A stretch of DNA of 19,979 nucleotides from the NCBI RefSeq assembly GCF_006345805.1, contig NW_021824031.1, positions 1 to 19,979 on the forward strand, given 5' to 3'. Made by a program: the position numbers and the translations under genes. Under the pieces are notes generated by a model. That model was not told the origin of the DNA and searched no databases. It worked only from the letters and a program-made list of their open reading frames with translations. Source of the stretch: Octopus sinensis (taxonomy: Eukaryota). Positions 9,311-19,380 of the stretch are shown here, one piece after another (position 1 is the first letter of the stretch; every line of letters begins with the position of its first letter).

Positions 9311-10707
9311 ATAGTTCAATCACTGAATATTTATTACTTTTATTACTAAATATTTTACATTATTAATGTTGGGCGGTAAATATTCTCTTTGCGATTCTTG
9401 ACCCAAACCTTAAAACTGCCAACCAATTAATGTGTTCTTTGTGCTAATCTTTTTCTTTAATAACTTCGATGTAAATGAAACTGTCGCACTAAAGATATTT
9501 CTGGCCATAATGACCACTGCCAATTTCAATATGAAGATAAACATTAGCAGCACAACTACTACGGCCAACACCAAACTATTCTATTCATTTAAAACCAGAA
9601 GCCATAAAATACTCCTTTATTCATATTAGAGAGTCTCTGTCTCTCAATCTACATTGTTATTAATTATCTTGGATGGAAAATGAAATACAAGTTTAGGTGT
9701 CTCTTTGTGTTTAACTTTACTTCCTCTGATGATGTCTCGTACAATGTAAAGAGCCGACAGATATTGTCACGTGTTCTCGGAATGTTTCTATTGCGTTCTT
9801 CTTTTTAACAATAGCCTGGCAATTTGAATCCCTACTGCCAGATAACTTTATAATCAGAATATATCTTCTTTTCAGTATTATATTCTACACACTTTCGCAC
9901 GGTCGTAACCTGAGAATACTTTTCTCATTATCTAAGGTATTTCAGTAATAAAACATCTAGAATCTCTGAATTGTTGAGAGAAAAGGAATTGCATTGATAA
10001 CACGCCTGTATATGGGCTCACAATTTACTTTCTTAATTGAATTTTATATAGGCAGGTTCCAGTTATAGGTAAAAGAATTCGTGTCTCAATCCACTAAAAT
10101 GTTAAAAAAAAATACTTCATATATTCGAAACTTGTGACTTTCAATACAATTTAACGGGTTCAATTCTTTCTGCCTTAATCGATTTCCTAATACAAATAAA
10201 TACTTAAAAGATACAACCAGAAATCCATCAGTAAAACCTTTCACTCAACTGTATTATACAGAAGAAAAAAAATGAAGTCCATTTAAAATATTTTTTACAA
10301 TGGAAAAATACCACGTAGTTGTTAGCAAAGTGTTATTTAGCTTGAATATATTTCAATGGATCCTTAACATTTAATCAATAAATTAGATGAACTGTTTTAG
10401 ATGAAATCTCAAAATAAGGCGAAATATATGTCACTAGACGCATATATATTTATCTCTACTTAGAATTATAGACGTGCTATTTGGCCGCTATCTTCTTCTA
10501 AATTTAAAGAAATCACGAACACGTATTCACTTGAATGGACAGTAATATTCTCTACATTGAAACGATAGCGTGTACTTAAAAGGATATTCATACTCGACTG
10601 AAAATCATAGTCATTATGTGTATAGTTACACCTCATTTATATATATATATTGTCAGAAATAATAGGGGAAGCCTATAGGAAGAACCATTATCATGTCTTT
10701 ATACCCT

Positions 10708-10749
<42 letters not shown>

Positions 10750-11609
10750 ACAAATATATGTGTGCATGTATATATATATACATATTTGTGTAAGTGTATG
10801 TATAGATTTGTGTGTGTATGCAGCGCTATTAGTCTTGTATATTCCTAAATGAATCTGTATTTTGGTGTGGAACTTTATTCTTGATTGTCGGTGTACGTTC
10901 CATGGTGCACATGTGTTTTAGCAGTTCATCAGACACTTATTCTTAGAATAAACCTTTCTAATGTTCTCACAGATTCCAATTTTGCACCATGCCAAAGGCG
11001 ATAATTACCATCAATGGGAGTTTAGAAACTCACTGATCTCTTTAGATCGTCAACTCTTTGTTCTTTCTCAAGTTCTCTTTGTATCGTTTTTCATTTCTTT
11101 TATGAATATTCTTTGGCGAGAAGTTTATTTATATACAACCATACAGCGTTGTATGCACATATATTAAGTGAATGCATGCTTTGCATACGTTTCTAGGCTT
11201 TTATATTGTGTGCGTCCGCATGTGTGCGTGTGTGCGTGTACGTGTGTGTGTGCGTGTACGTGTGTGTCTTATTTTTATATCTGTCAACGTATAGATATGC
11301 TATTAAGTCGAACTCAACAAATCTGTATGTTTATAAATATGATTTATGAATGCAATATTATAATGTTATGTATCTATGTGAATGTAAGCTTATGTGTGTA
11401 CACCTATTTATATGTGGTTGAGAGAATCTGTATGAATGTAAAACATACCTGTACGTTAACATATTTATTGTAGTGCATTGATATAAAATTCTAATGGTTG
11501 TATATGAATGCATCTTGTGTGAATTCATACTTTACTTTTGAGTAAGAAAAAAGTGTTTGTGATTATGAATGCTTATATCTTTCTATTGCTTTGTGTAATT
11601 ACATATTAA

Positions 11610-11629
11610 CTATATATATATATACATAT

Positions 11630-11709
<80 letters not shown>

Positions 11710-11731
11710 ATATTATATATATATATATATA
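11610..11731. repeat. (TA)n/(CA)n microsatellite
   Basis: Direct reading. Confidence 0.95.
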
Positions 11732-12132
11732 TTCTCGTGTACGAAACAGCGTTGATTCTATATAGTTCTGTGTACATTTATTTTTAACATTTGCGCTGAG
11801 TTACTTGGTTATGTGCCAGTATCGATGCGAACATATGCATCTATTATTTGTGTTTAATGTTTGTTTTATTCATATTCATATCTTTATGTTCGCAAGAAAC
11901 ACACTGTTATGTGCAAGCGTGTATATGCAAAATCTCGTATCTATATGATTCTTAGCATCGGTTATCATCTATGTTGTTTATAAACTTGAATTTTCTACAA
12001 TCTTTTATTTTATACACATCCGCTTCAAAAGCGGCTAACTACATGTATCTTTGTTTAAGTGTAGCTGTAAAATACGGTAGCAACTATTACGGATGTAGAC
12101 TTAATAAACCACTAGACTACAGGCAGAAGACT

Positions 12133-12322
12133 TGAAATATTTGGATGTGGGGGTTAGTCGATAACAACCTGCCCAATACTCCACGTGTACTTATTTTATC
12201 GCACTTGAAAGGATGAAAGACAAAGTCGACCTCAGTGGTATTTAAACTCAGAACGTAACTACGGACGAAACACCACTAAACATTTTGTCCTGCCTGCTAA
12301 CGCTTTTATCAGCCAGCCGCCT
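12133..12322 (-). mobile_element. Group C SINE
   Basis: GTACTTATTTTATCG...AAAGGATGAAAGACAAAGTCGACCTCAG...AACTCAGAACGTAA...GCTAAC...GCCAGCCGCCT. Confidence 0.85.
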
Positions 12323-12344
12323 CTGACATTAGCTTAATACAGAT

Positions 12345-12925
12345 TTTCAATTTTGGCACAAGGTCAGTAAGTTCATTAAAGGGGCGGCTAACTGATTACA
12401 TTCACTTAGTACTCGACTGGAAGTAGAGGCGCAAGAGCCCAATGGTTAGGGCAGCGGATTCGCGGTCGTAAGATCGCGGTTTCGATTCCCAAAGCTGGCG
12501 TTGTGAGTGTTTATTGAGCAAAAACAACTAAAAGCTCCACGAGGCTTCGGCGGGGGATGGAGGCGAACACTGCTGTACTCTTTCATCACAAATTTCTCTC
12601 ACTCTTTCTTCCTGTTTCTGTTGTATCTCTATTTCAACGGGTCAAGCTTGTCACACTGTGTCACGCAGAATCTCCCAGAGAACTACGTTAAGGATACACG
12701 TGTCTGAGGAGTGTTCAACCACTTGCACGTTAATTTCACGAGCAGGCTGTTCTGTTGATTGGATCAACTGGAACCCTCGTCGTCATAACCGACGGAGTGC
12801 GAACATACTCTACTGGTGCTTTATTGAACCCAAAGGCAAAATCTGTCTCGGCGGAATTCGAACTAAGGTTGTAAAGACGGACAAAATGCCGTTAATCGTC
12901 TTCTCCATCTTGGTAACTATTCTTC
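12345..12925 (-). mobile_element. Group C SINE split by the group B-headed SINE at 12421-12805
   Basis: The tail (TTTTGGCACAAGG) lies at 12355-12365 and the body resumes at 12806 (TACTGGTGCTTTATTGAACCCAAAGGCAAA...CTCGGCGGAATTCGAACT). Confidence 0.7.
12421..12805 (+). mobile_element. tRNA-derived SINE with group B head and body and an alternative 3' tail; 11-bp TSD candidate
   Basis: Head GAGGCGCAAGAGCCCAATGGTTAGGGCAGCGGATTCGCGGTCGTAAGATCGCGGTTTCGATTCCC. It is flanked by TACTCGACTGG (12410-12420) and TACTCTACTGG (12806-12816). Confidence 0.88.
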
Positions 12926-12960
12926 CAGAACGTAATCTTAGATATAGATTTAATAATACT

Positions 12961-13158
12961 TTCTACTTAAGGTACAAAGCCAAAGGAGGATCTAATCGAT
13001 TATATCGATTCCAGTACTCAACTTGTATATATTTTATTGAACCTGAAAAGATGGAAGGTAAAGTCGACCTCGGCGAAATTTGAACTGAGAAAGTAAGGAC
13101 GGACGGAATACACTAAGCATTTTGCCAGGCGTGTTAACAATTCTGCCATCTCGCCGCC
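12961..13158 (-). mobile_element. Group C SINE, near full length
   Basis: TTCTACTTAAGGTACAAAGCC tail, AAAGTCGACCTCGGCGAAATTTGAACTGAG body, and GTTAACAATTCTGCCATCTCGCCGCC head. Confidence 0.85.
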
Positions 13159-13649
13159 ATGAAGGCTATAGATTTAGTAATGAAGTCGTATAAGCACAGG
13201 AGAAGATTAAATTGACTTAAAATATACCAAATCAGGTCTTGAATTTCAAATGCTCCGAGGCTGTATCACAAATCGAAACATAATTACTTTCATGATGTAC
13301 GGTATCTTTTTGTGAGTTGTTTCTTTGTCATTCGTCGCTTATTTCTTTTTAACAATCCATACGCTTTTAGTTGAAAGAATTCGCTTTGTTTGTTTTATTT
13401 GAAGCAAAGCCTTTCTCAGAGAAGCTACAGCAACTTTTTCCAAGCATCAAAACACTCTTCTCTGGATGGGCCAACAGTCCGTTGCAGGATAGCTCGATTT
13501 TGCCAGGTAAGTAAATTGCAGCAATGAGAAATGAAGCTTTTTGCTCAACAAAAAAAAAAGCACACCGCATCGCACGGTTCAGCCATAATCTCACTATGAA
13601 CAATGTATTAATCCTAAATACAAAGTCACGCGCTTCCACATAATACACT

Positions 13650-13664
13650 TACATACATGTATAT

Positions 13665-13698
<34 letters not shown>

Positions 13699-13760
13699 GA
13701 TATATATATATATTTATGTATGTATGTATGTATATATGTATATATATATATATATGTATG

Positions 13761-13829
<69 letters not shown>

Positions 13830-13850
13830 GTATATATGTATGTATATTTA
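13650..13850. repeat. (TA)n/(TATG)n microsatellite
   Basis: Direct reading. A (TTTA)n tract follows at about 13930-13970. Confidence 0.96.
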
Positions 13851-13931
13851 CGTTTACCAATATGTGTTGCAAGATTCCTGATGTGAAATCGTGTGTTGAA
13901 ACAGATATTGTTGTATTTCGGGATCGTCATT

Positions 13932-13966
<35 letters not shown>

Positions 13967-14008
13967 TTTGTTTATTGTAAATAAACACACGCACTATATA
14001 TATATTTG

Positions 14009-14157
14009 TTCACTCGTTTATTACTGTACTTATTTCTTTTATGTCCATTGTCCGTAAATCTTTCGTCACACATCTGGGGCCTCTTCATAGACACTTTTAA
14101 TTTCCGTATTTGTTCTTGCTGGAGTAAGTGGAGCAAGAATAGTAATAAACGAGTGAA
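14009..14157. mobile_element. Candidate small MITE defined by a 17-bp perfect inverted repeat
   Basis: TTCACTCGTTTATTACT (14009-14025) and AGTAATAAACGAGTGAA (14141-14157), with imperfect outward extension into TA-rich flanks. Confidence 0.4.
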
Positions 14158-14232
14158 GAAAAATAATACATAGTACGTGAGTTTATCCGGCAATAAATGA
14201 ATAAATCAAAAGACCATCCCGAAATACAACAG

Positions 14233-14234
<2 letters not shown>

Positions 14235-14306
<72 letters not shown>
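14235..14306. repeat. (TA)n microsatellite
   Basis: Direct reading. Confidence 0.97.
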
Positions 14307-14308
<2 letters not shown>

Positions 14309-14376
14309 TGTATGTATTCTACCTATCTATCAATATGTTTCATACGCATATGTAGTACATACATACATACATACAT

Positions 14377-14667
14377 CGTGAACTGTTGAGCAATCTACTG
14401 TTACTCCACCCAAACTAGCAGTTCATGTTTATTATTGGTACGCTGGAACATGTAACACACGGCCTAAGTATCAATCTTGAGAAATTAAGCTTCTCAAAAC
14501 CAGGAAGGAGAAAGCTGACTCGAAGACTACTGATTGAAACCATCACTGGAACTGTAGAAATCTGTGAAACTTTCAAGAAGTCTATCATTGAAGTATATAT
14601 GAGCATGTCTTGACATGCAACTATATGCATAAGAATACACACATAACACAAAACACACAAATCTGTA
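14377..14667 (+). mobile_element. 5'-truncated 3' end of an R4/Dong-like (REL endonuclease) non-LTR retrotransposon
   Basis: One frame reads RELLSNLLLLHPN*QFMFIIGTLEHVTHGLSINLEKLSFSKPGRRKLTRRLLIETITGTVEICETFKKSII. This fits the R4-clade ORF C-terminus (P(I/V)IIGALG.V...L...L..LG.......LQ....GT..I). A short 3' UTR follows, and both sides are (TACA)n. Clade assignment is from recall. Confidence 0.65.
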
Positions 14668-14728
14668 CATATACATACATACATACATACATACATACAT
14701 ACATACATACATACCTCATACATATATG

Positions 14729-15103
14729 GGCACAGGCGTGACTGTGTGTAAAATGTTTGCGTCCCAGCACATGATTCTGGCTTCTACTGTAGCCTCGACC
14801 AAAGCCTTGTGGGTAGATTTGGTAGGCGAAAACTGAAAGAAGCCTGTCGTATGTATATACATATGTGAATGTATGTATTTATGTTTGTGTGTCTTTGTGT
14901 CTGTGTTTGTCCCTTTACCATTGCTCCACAACCGATGCTGGCCTGTTTACGTCCCTTTAACCTAGCGGTTTGGCAACAGACACCGATAGAATATGTACTA
15001 GGCTTATAAAAATAAGTCCTGGGGTAGATTTCTATCACTAAAACCCTTTAAGGCGGTGCTCCAGCAAGGCCGCAGTCAAATGACAGAACCCAGTAAAAGA
15101 GTA
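14729..15103 (+). mobile_element. Group A SINE, diverged, with a deletion in the head
   Basis: GGCACAGGCGTGACTGTGTG...CGACCAAAGCCTTGTGGGTAGATTTGGTAGGCGAAAACTGAAAGAAGCC...AAGGCGGTGCTCCAGCAAGGCCGCAGTCAAATGAC. Confidence 0.88.
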
Positions 15104-15268
15104 ATACATACATACGTACATACGTACGTACATACATAGATACATACATACATACATACATACATACCGTACGTACGTACATACATACATACATACATAC
15201 ATACATACATACATACTATACATACATACATACATACATACATACATACATACATACATACATACATA
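15104..15268. repeat. (TACA)n microsatellite
   Basis: Direct reading. Confidence 0.96.
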
Positions 15269-15689
15269 AAGCATTGAGTCTAACAAAAGACATAATCTCT
15301 TCTTTCGTGCGAAAGACAATCAGCGGGGTGAAAAAAGGGTATGCGAAAGTGCAAGGTGCTACAAAGGATGGTGATGATGAAACAGTTGAAGATGCCGCTT
15401 TCAGTAGTGCCAAAAAGCGCAATAAAACAGCGTACAATAAAGCCAAGATAATTTCTCTAGAAACTCAGAAATATCAGAGAATTATTTGCATATATGGGAA
15501 GTAGATACTATGTACATTAACACACCCCAGCACACACCAGTACACATACACATCTCTGTCTGCATGCCTGTCTGTCTGACTATCTGTACGTACTACATAT
15601 GTATATTTGTAGGAATGTACGTATGTATGTACGTAAGCATGTATGAATGAATTAATGTTGTCTCGCTTTTTAACTTCGAATAAATTTTG

Positions 15690-15882
15690 AACGTTCATTT
15701 GCTTGGTAGCAAGAATTTGAAAGGAATCATCTTGTTCTGTTCATAATTCTTTAAGTCCTAAGGTCTTACATATTTTTAGAGCCACAGATATCGTAACCAT
15801 GCATAGAGTATGAATGTAGGAATCGCGTCATCTTCTCAAGATTCCAAGTTCAGCCATACTTTCCTCCAGACTGATAGGTATA
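15690..15882 (-). mobile_element. C-terminal segment of an R4/Dong-like LINE (left part of the copy split by the Helitron)
   Basis: The minus strand reads IPISLEESMAELGILRR*RDSYIHTLCMVTISVALKICKTLGLKEL* (stop at 15741-15743), paralleling the LG...I..L....I....(K/E)IC(K/E)T pattern at 14480-14590. Confidence 0.5.
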
Positions 15883-16397
15883 TCTATACTATAACGGAGA
15901 AAGATGTTTATTAATTACATATGTAACTATTAATTAAAATTACTCAAAGAAAGCAATATTAAGAGCTTGACCGTCTGGAAAAAACTTGCCTATAATTTCG
16001 ATTTCTGAAGTTTATTTAATTTTTTTATTCACTGCGTTCAATTCTTTTGCATTCACCGCGTACAATTCTTCATGAATTTAAATATTCATTGCATTCACTG
16101 CGGAGTAGATTATAATGTTTAATTATAAACACTACTGATTCGTTGCAGTCAGCATTTTACGTTTTTATTTGCAACAATCTCTTATTCTCGCTCGCCTTTA
16201 TTTTCCTTAAGGATGATTCAATAATATATATACAACTTTGATATGAGACACAATTTCATGAAAACTTTTTAATATACAGGTATAATTTTTAAGTGATTTT
16301 GTGTTGAATGAATGCTTGCTATTACACAAAATAGCTATATAACTTTGATACGAGGCACAATTTCAAGAATATTATCAGTTTCCGAAGTTTGTTAAAT

Positions 16398-16791
16398 CTC
16401 TCCCTTTTTATTCTTTTACTTGTTTCAGTCATTTGACTGCGGCCATGCTGGAGCACCGCCTCTAGTCGAGCAAATCGACCCCGGAACTTATTCTTTGTAA
16501 GCCCAATACTTATTCTATCGGTCTCTTTTGCCGAACCGCTAAGTGACAGGGACGTAAACACACCAGCATCGGTTGTCAAGCAATGCTAGGGGGACAAACA
16601 CAGACACACACATATATATACATATATAGGACAGGCTTCTTTCAGTTTCCTTCTACCAAATCCACTCACAAGGCATTGGTCGGCCCGGGGCTATAGCAGA
16701 AGACACTTGCCCAAGATTCCACGCAGTGGGACTGAACCCGGAACCATGTGGTTGGTTAGCAAGCTACTTACCACACAGCCACTCCTGCGCC
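16398..16791 (-). mobile_element. Group A SINE, full length, nested in the Helitron; TSD TAAAT
   Basis: The minus strand starts GGCGCAGGAGTGGCTGTGTGGTAAGTAGC...GGGTTCAGTCCC. It is flanked by TAAAT at 16393-16397 and 16792-16796. The empty site GTTTGTTAAATGAATATTTTTG is present in the other Helitron copy (about 1393-1414, minus strand). Confidence 0.95.
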
Positions 16792-16826
16792 TAAATGAAT
16801 ATTTTTGATAAAATGAAAATTATTTA

Positions 16827-17109
16827 TGGCGTATATTTGCCATTTAAATATGGCTAACCCCTAAGGGTGGATGCTACTGTAGTTTGTAGCCCCATGGGGT
16901 CACCTCCTCCAGCTGCCTATAGACACACTTTCTGTGTCCTCTCAGTATTTGCAAAAGGAAATCATCCTTCTCCGCTTCCCTTTGCAAATACTGATAGGGT
17001 ACAGAAAGTGTGTCTATAGCCAGCTGGAGGAGGTGTCCTCCTGGGGCTACAAACTACAGTAGCATCTACCCTTAGTTGTTAGCCATATTTAAATGGCAAA
17101 TATACGTCA
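16827..17109. mobile_element. Foldback element/MITE, about 283 bp, nearly all inverted repeat
   Basis: TGGCGTATATTTGCCATTTAAATATGGCTAAC...GTATTTGCAAAAGGAA, a loop of about 15 nt, then TTCCCTTTGCAAATAC...GTTAGCCATATTTAAATGGCAAATATACGTCA. Confidence 0.9.
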
Positions 17110-17289
17110 CGATGTGTTGCAGCTACTGTTTATAACTCGCTCTAAGATTTATTACTGAAAATTATCTAATATACCGGTATAATTTTTTTTTTTTATGAAG
17201 AAGTGATTTTGTTGGTATGGCTACTTGGAACTCTATAAGCCAGCACGCTAAACAAGATAGTTTTTAACGAGTTTTCATTCATATATAAT

Positions 17290-18358
17290 ATGCGACTGAA
17301 AAAGAAAATTTAGCAGCAAAGGCACAACGGGCACCTAAATCAGATATAACCAGGGCAAAGCGACTGAAACAGATGCCTGAATATGCACTGAGACGTAGAC
17401 ATGATTTCGTTTCCGCTATACATAACCGACCGGTTAGGGTATCTCGAGAGGAGTATATTCTACTTCAAAAATAATGGTGTCAGATCAAATTGTTGATGCA
17501 ACACTAAAGAGACCTTTTCTTTGCTATCATATGGAAGTAGTAGAGTTAGCAACCAATCTAAGACTTCTTACAGAATGTCATTCTCATGAAAGAGAGTTTG
17601 CTAATTACCCTCCTAATGTAGGAAATGGTAACATTTCTGTTGAACAAAACCTATGTGAATTCAAAACCAAACTACCCAATGACCTTTGACATGAAAGTCG
17701 TACTCTTTCAGATCTATATGATTTTGTATATGCTGACCTCAAAAATAACTTCACAAACCCTGTGTGACTTACAAATAGAACTATCATTACTTCAACAAAT
17801 GAAGCAGCACAATTTGTGAATGATGTTCTGTTGACCAGGATCCCTGGTGAGCTAAAAATTTAGAGAAGTTCAGATACAGTTGATAAAGAAACTCCGTACC
17901 CAACTGACTTCATCAACAAACTTCATCAACTAACTTAGACCATCAGGGTTTGCAACACACATTCTCAAACTGAAGAAAAAACGATGCATAATGCTTCTGA
18001 GAAATTTAGATGCTACTAATGGACATTGCAATGGCACACAACACATCATTGTCAGTTTACATGATCATTTTTATTGAGGTTGAAGTTGCTGAACTCTGCT
18101 AAACCCCAAAATACCACATGTATCTCAAGAAATGGAATTTCCATTCACATTTACATGCAAACAATTTCCTGTCACAGGGCACAGGGACAAACTTCAGAAC
18201 AAATTGAAATATGTCTTCCGACACAATTCTTCTCATAAGGTCAACTCTATGTTGTATTATCTAGAGTTTGAAAGAAGGCTAATGTAAAAATATTGGACGA
18301 GAGAAATGGAAACAGTATGATTACTGACAATTGTGTTTACAAAGAGATACTACTTTAA
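17290..18358 (+). pseudogene. Helitron RepHel remnant: short putative N-terminal piece joined to the C-terminal half of a PIF1-family helicase, with stops and frameshifts
   Basis: Peptides IVDATLKRPFL..MEVVELATNLR, REFANY..NVGNG, NRTIITSTNE, YPTDFINKL, SGFATHILKLKK..IMLLRNLDATNGHCNGT, FTFTCKQFPV, QGQT, FS*GQLYVVLSRV and VYKEILL* match Helitron PIF1 motifs. No Rep (HUH) motifs were seen. Confidence 0.92.
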
Positions 18359-18577
18359 AGCAAAATATGCTTTTTAACAAGTTTCAATAAATAAAATTAA
18401 CACTTAAATTATATGTAAAGTAACATATTTTTGTGGAATTAAATTGTTTTGGGCATATTTCAATTTAAATATGCCTTTTTAAATTTGGGTATATTCGAAA
18501 AGGTAAGGAAACGTCATTCCCACGAATTCTCACAGCACCAAACCTTTGTGTGTGTGAGTGTGTATCGCTTCCTCCCT

Positions 18578-18611
18578 CCATCTATCCATCCATCCATCCA
18601 TCCATCCATCC

Positions 18612-18677
<66 letters not shown>
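18578..18677. repeat. (TCCA)n-(TCTA)n microsatellite inside the Helitron 3' region
   Basis: Direct reading. Confidence 0.97.
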
Positions 18678-18934
18678 GCACACCTATGTAAGTTCTAGCA
18701 ATTATTAATGGAATTTCTAGCAATCATTAATGAGAAATATATATAACAGATTGAATTTTTAAAAGAGAGAGATTATGACTGATAAATAATGAATGCAATA
18801 TTTACTAAGCAAGTGGGTACTATTATACAAAGAAATAATTAGACGTAAAATATCATTAAAATTATTAGAATTGGGAATCAAATGTGGAAATATTATCCAG
18901 AGTCCAGCAGAAAACCGCCCGGTCGTTCTGCTAG

Positions 18935-19380
18935 TGTATCTCTAATAATGTGTATTACTCTAATAATAAGTATGAAGCTAAAATCTTATCTTGCGCAGTG
19001 GATGTGCAAACTCTTTATCAATGTTCCATAGACTTTTGCAGACTGTTCTCTCCGTTGCATCATACCCCATGAGAAGATAATATGTGGAAGACATTCTCTT
19101 GGCAATAATTAAGTTGATGTCTTCAATCTCAGCTTTGTACAGCTATATTTCTTGCTAAATTTTTTTCTACATTTTTATGCTGTAGGTATTTGGTGGGGAT
19201 CTCTTGTTCCTGAATTGCATGGAGGTACCCTTCGAAGATGGATGTCTTAAACTTATAAGTACTTCATACCATGCTTTTCTCATGATCAATTTTTCTATGT
19301 TTGCGTTTTTATAAGAAGTACCTATGTATTATCTTCTCAGTAAATGGTCCATTCCTTATTTTGTTATTTTTAGAAACAGA
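18935..19380 (-). mobile_element. R4/Dong-like LINE remnant (region just upstream of and including the decayed CCHC knuckle); right part of the copy split by the Helitron
   Basis: One minus frame reads EKIIHRYFL*KRKHRKIDHEKSMV*STYKFKTSIFEGYLHAIQEQEIPTKYLQHK...EIEDINLII AKRMSSTYYLLMGYD. The S.FEG...AIQEQ.I.TK and MS..YY..RHD-like motifs are typical of R4/Dong ORFs (from recall). Confidence 0.7.

Larger units (their letters stand above)
15883..18934 (+). mobile_element. Internally deleted, non-autonomous Helitron with both termini
   Basis: 5' end A|TCTATACTATAAC at 15883. 3' end has the hairpin ACCG-CC-CGGT (18914-18923) followed by CTAG (18931-18934) and T. It is inserted between A and T with no TSD and contains a PIF1 helicase remnant. 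The 5' part is homologous to the copy at 1195-1846. Confidence 0.85.

Noticed and set aside
8850-9314. 154-aa ORF, the longest in the track
   Set aside because: It starts at TTG, has no recognisable domain, and its 3' half overlaps an antisense group C SINE remnant.
13371-13506. Candidate + strand exon (pyrimidine tract-TTTAG, open frame LKEFALFVLFEAKPFSEKLQQLFPSIKTLFSGWANSPLQDSSILP, CAG|GTAAGT)
   Set aside because: The peptide is unrecognised, one consensus donor in 20 kb is expected by chance, and no partner exons were found. The opposite strand has an equally weak Tc1/mariner-like reading. RNA-seq would decide.
15274-15504. Coding-looking 76-aa frame (KKGYAKVQGATKDGDDETVEDAAF)
   Set aside because: It has no convincing start or splice signals and no recognisable family. 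It may be an unidentified TE fragment.
19186-19224. Apparent small + strand exon (TTTTATGCTGTAG|GTATTTGG...GGAG|GTACCC)
   Set aside because: It is better explained as the antisense of the LINE coding motif FEGYLHAIQEQEIPTKYL.
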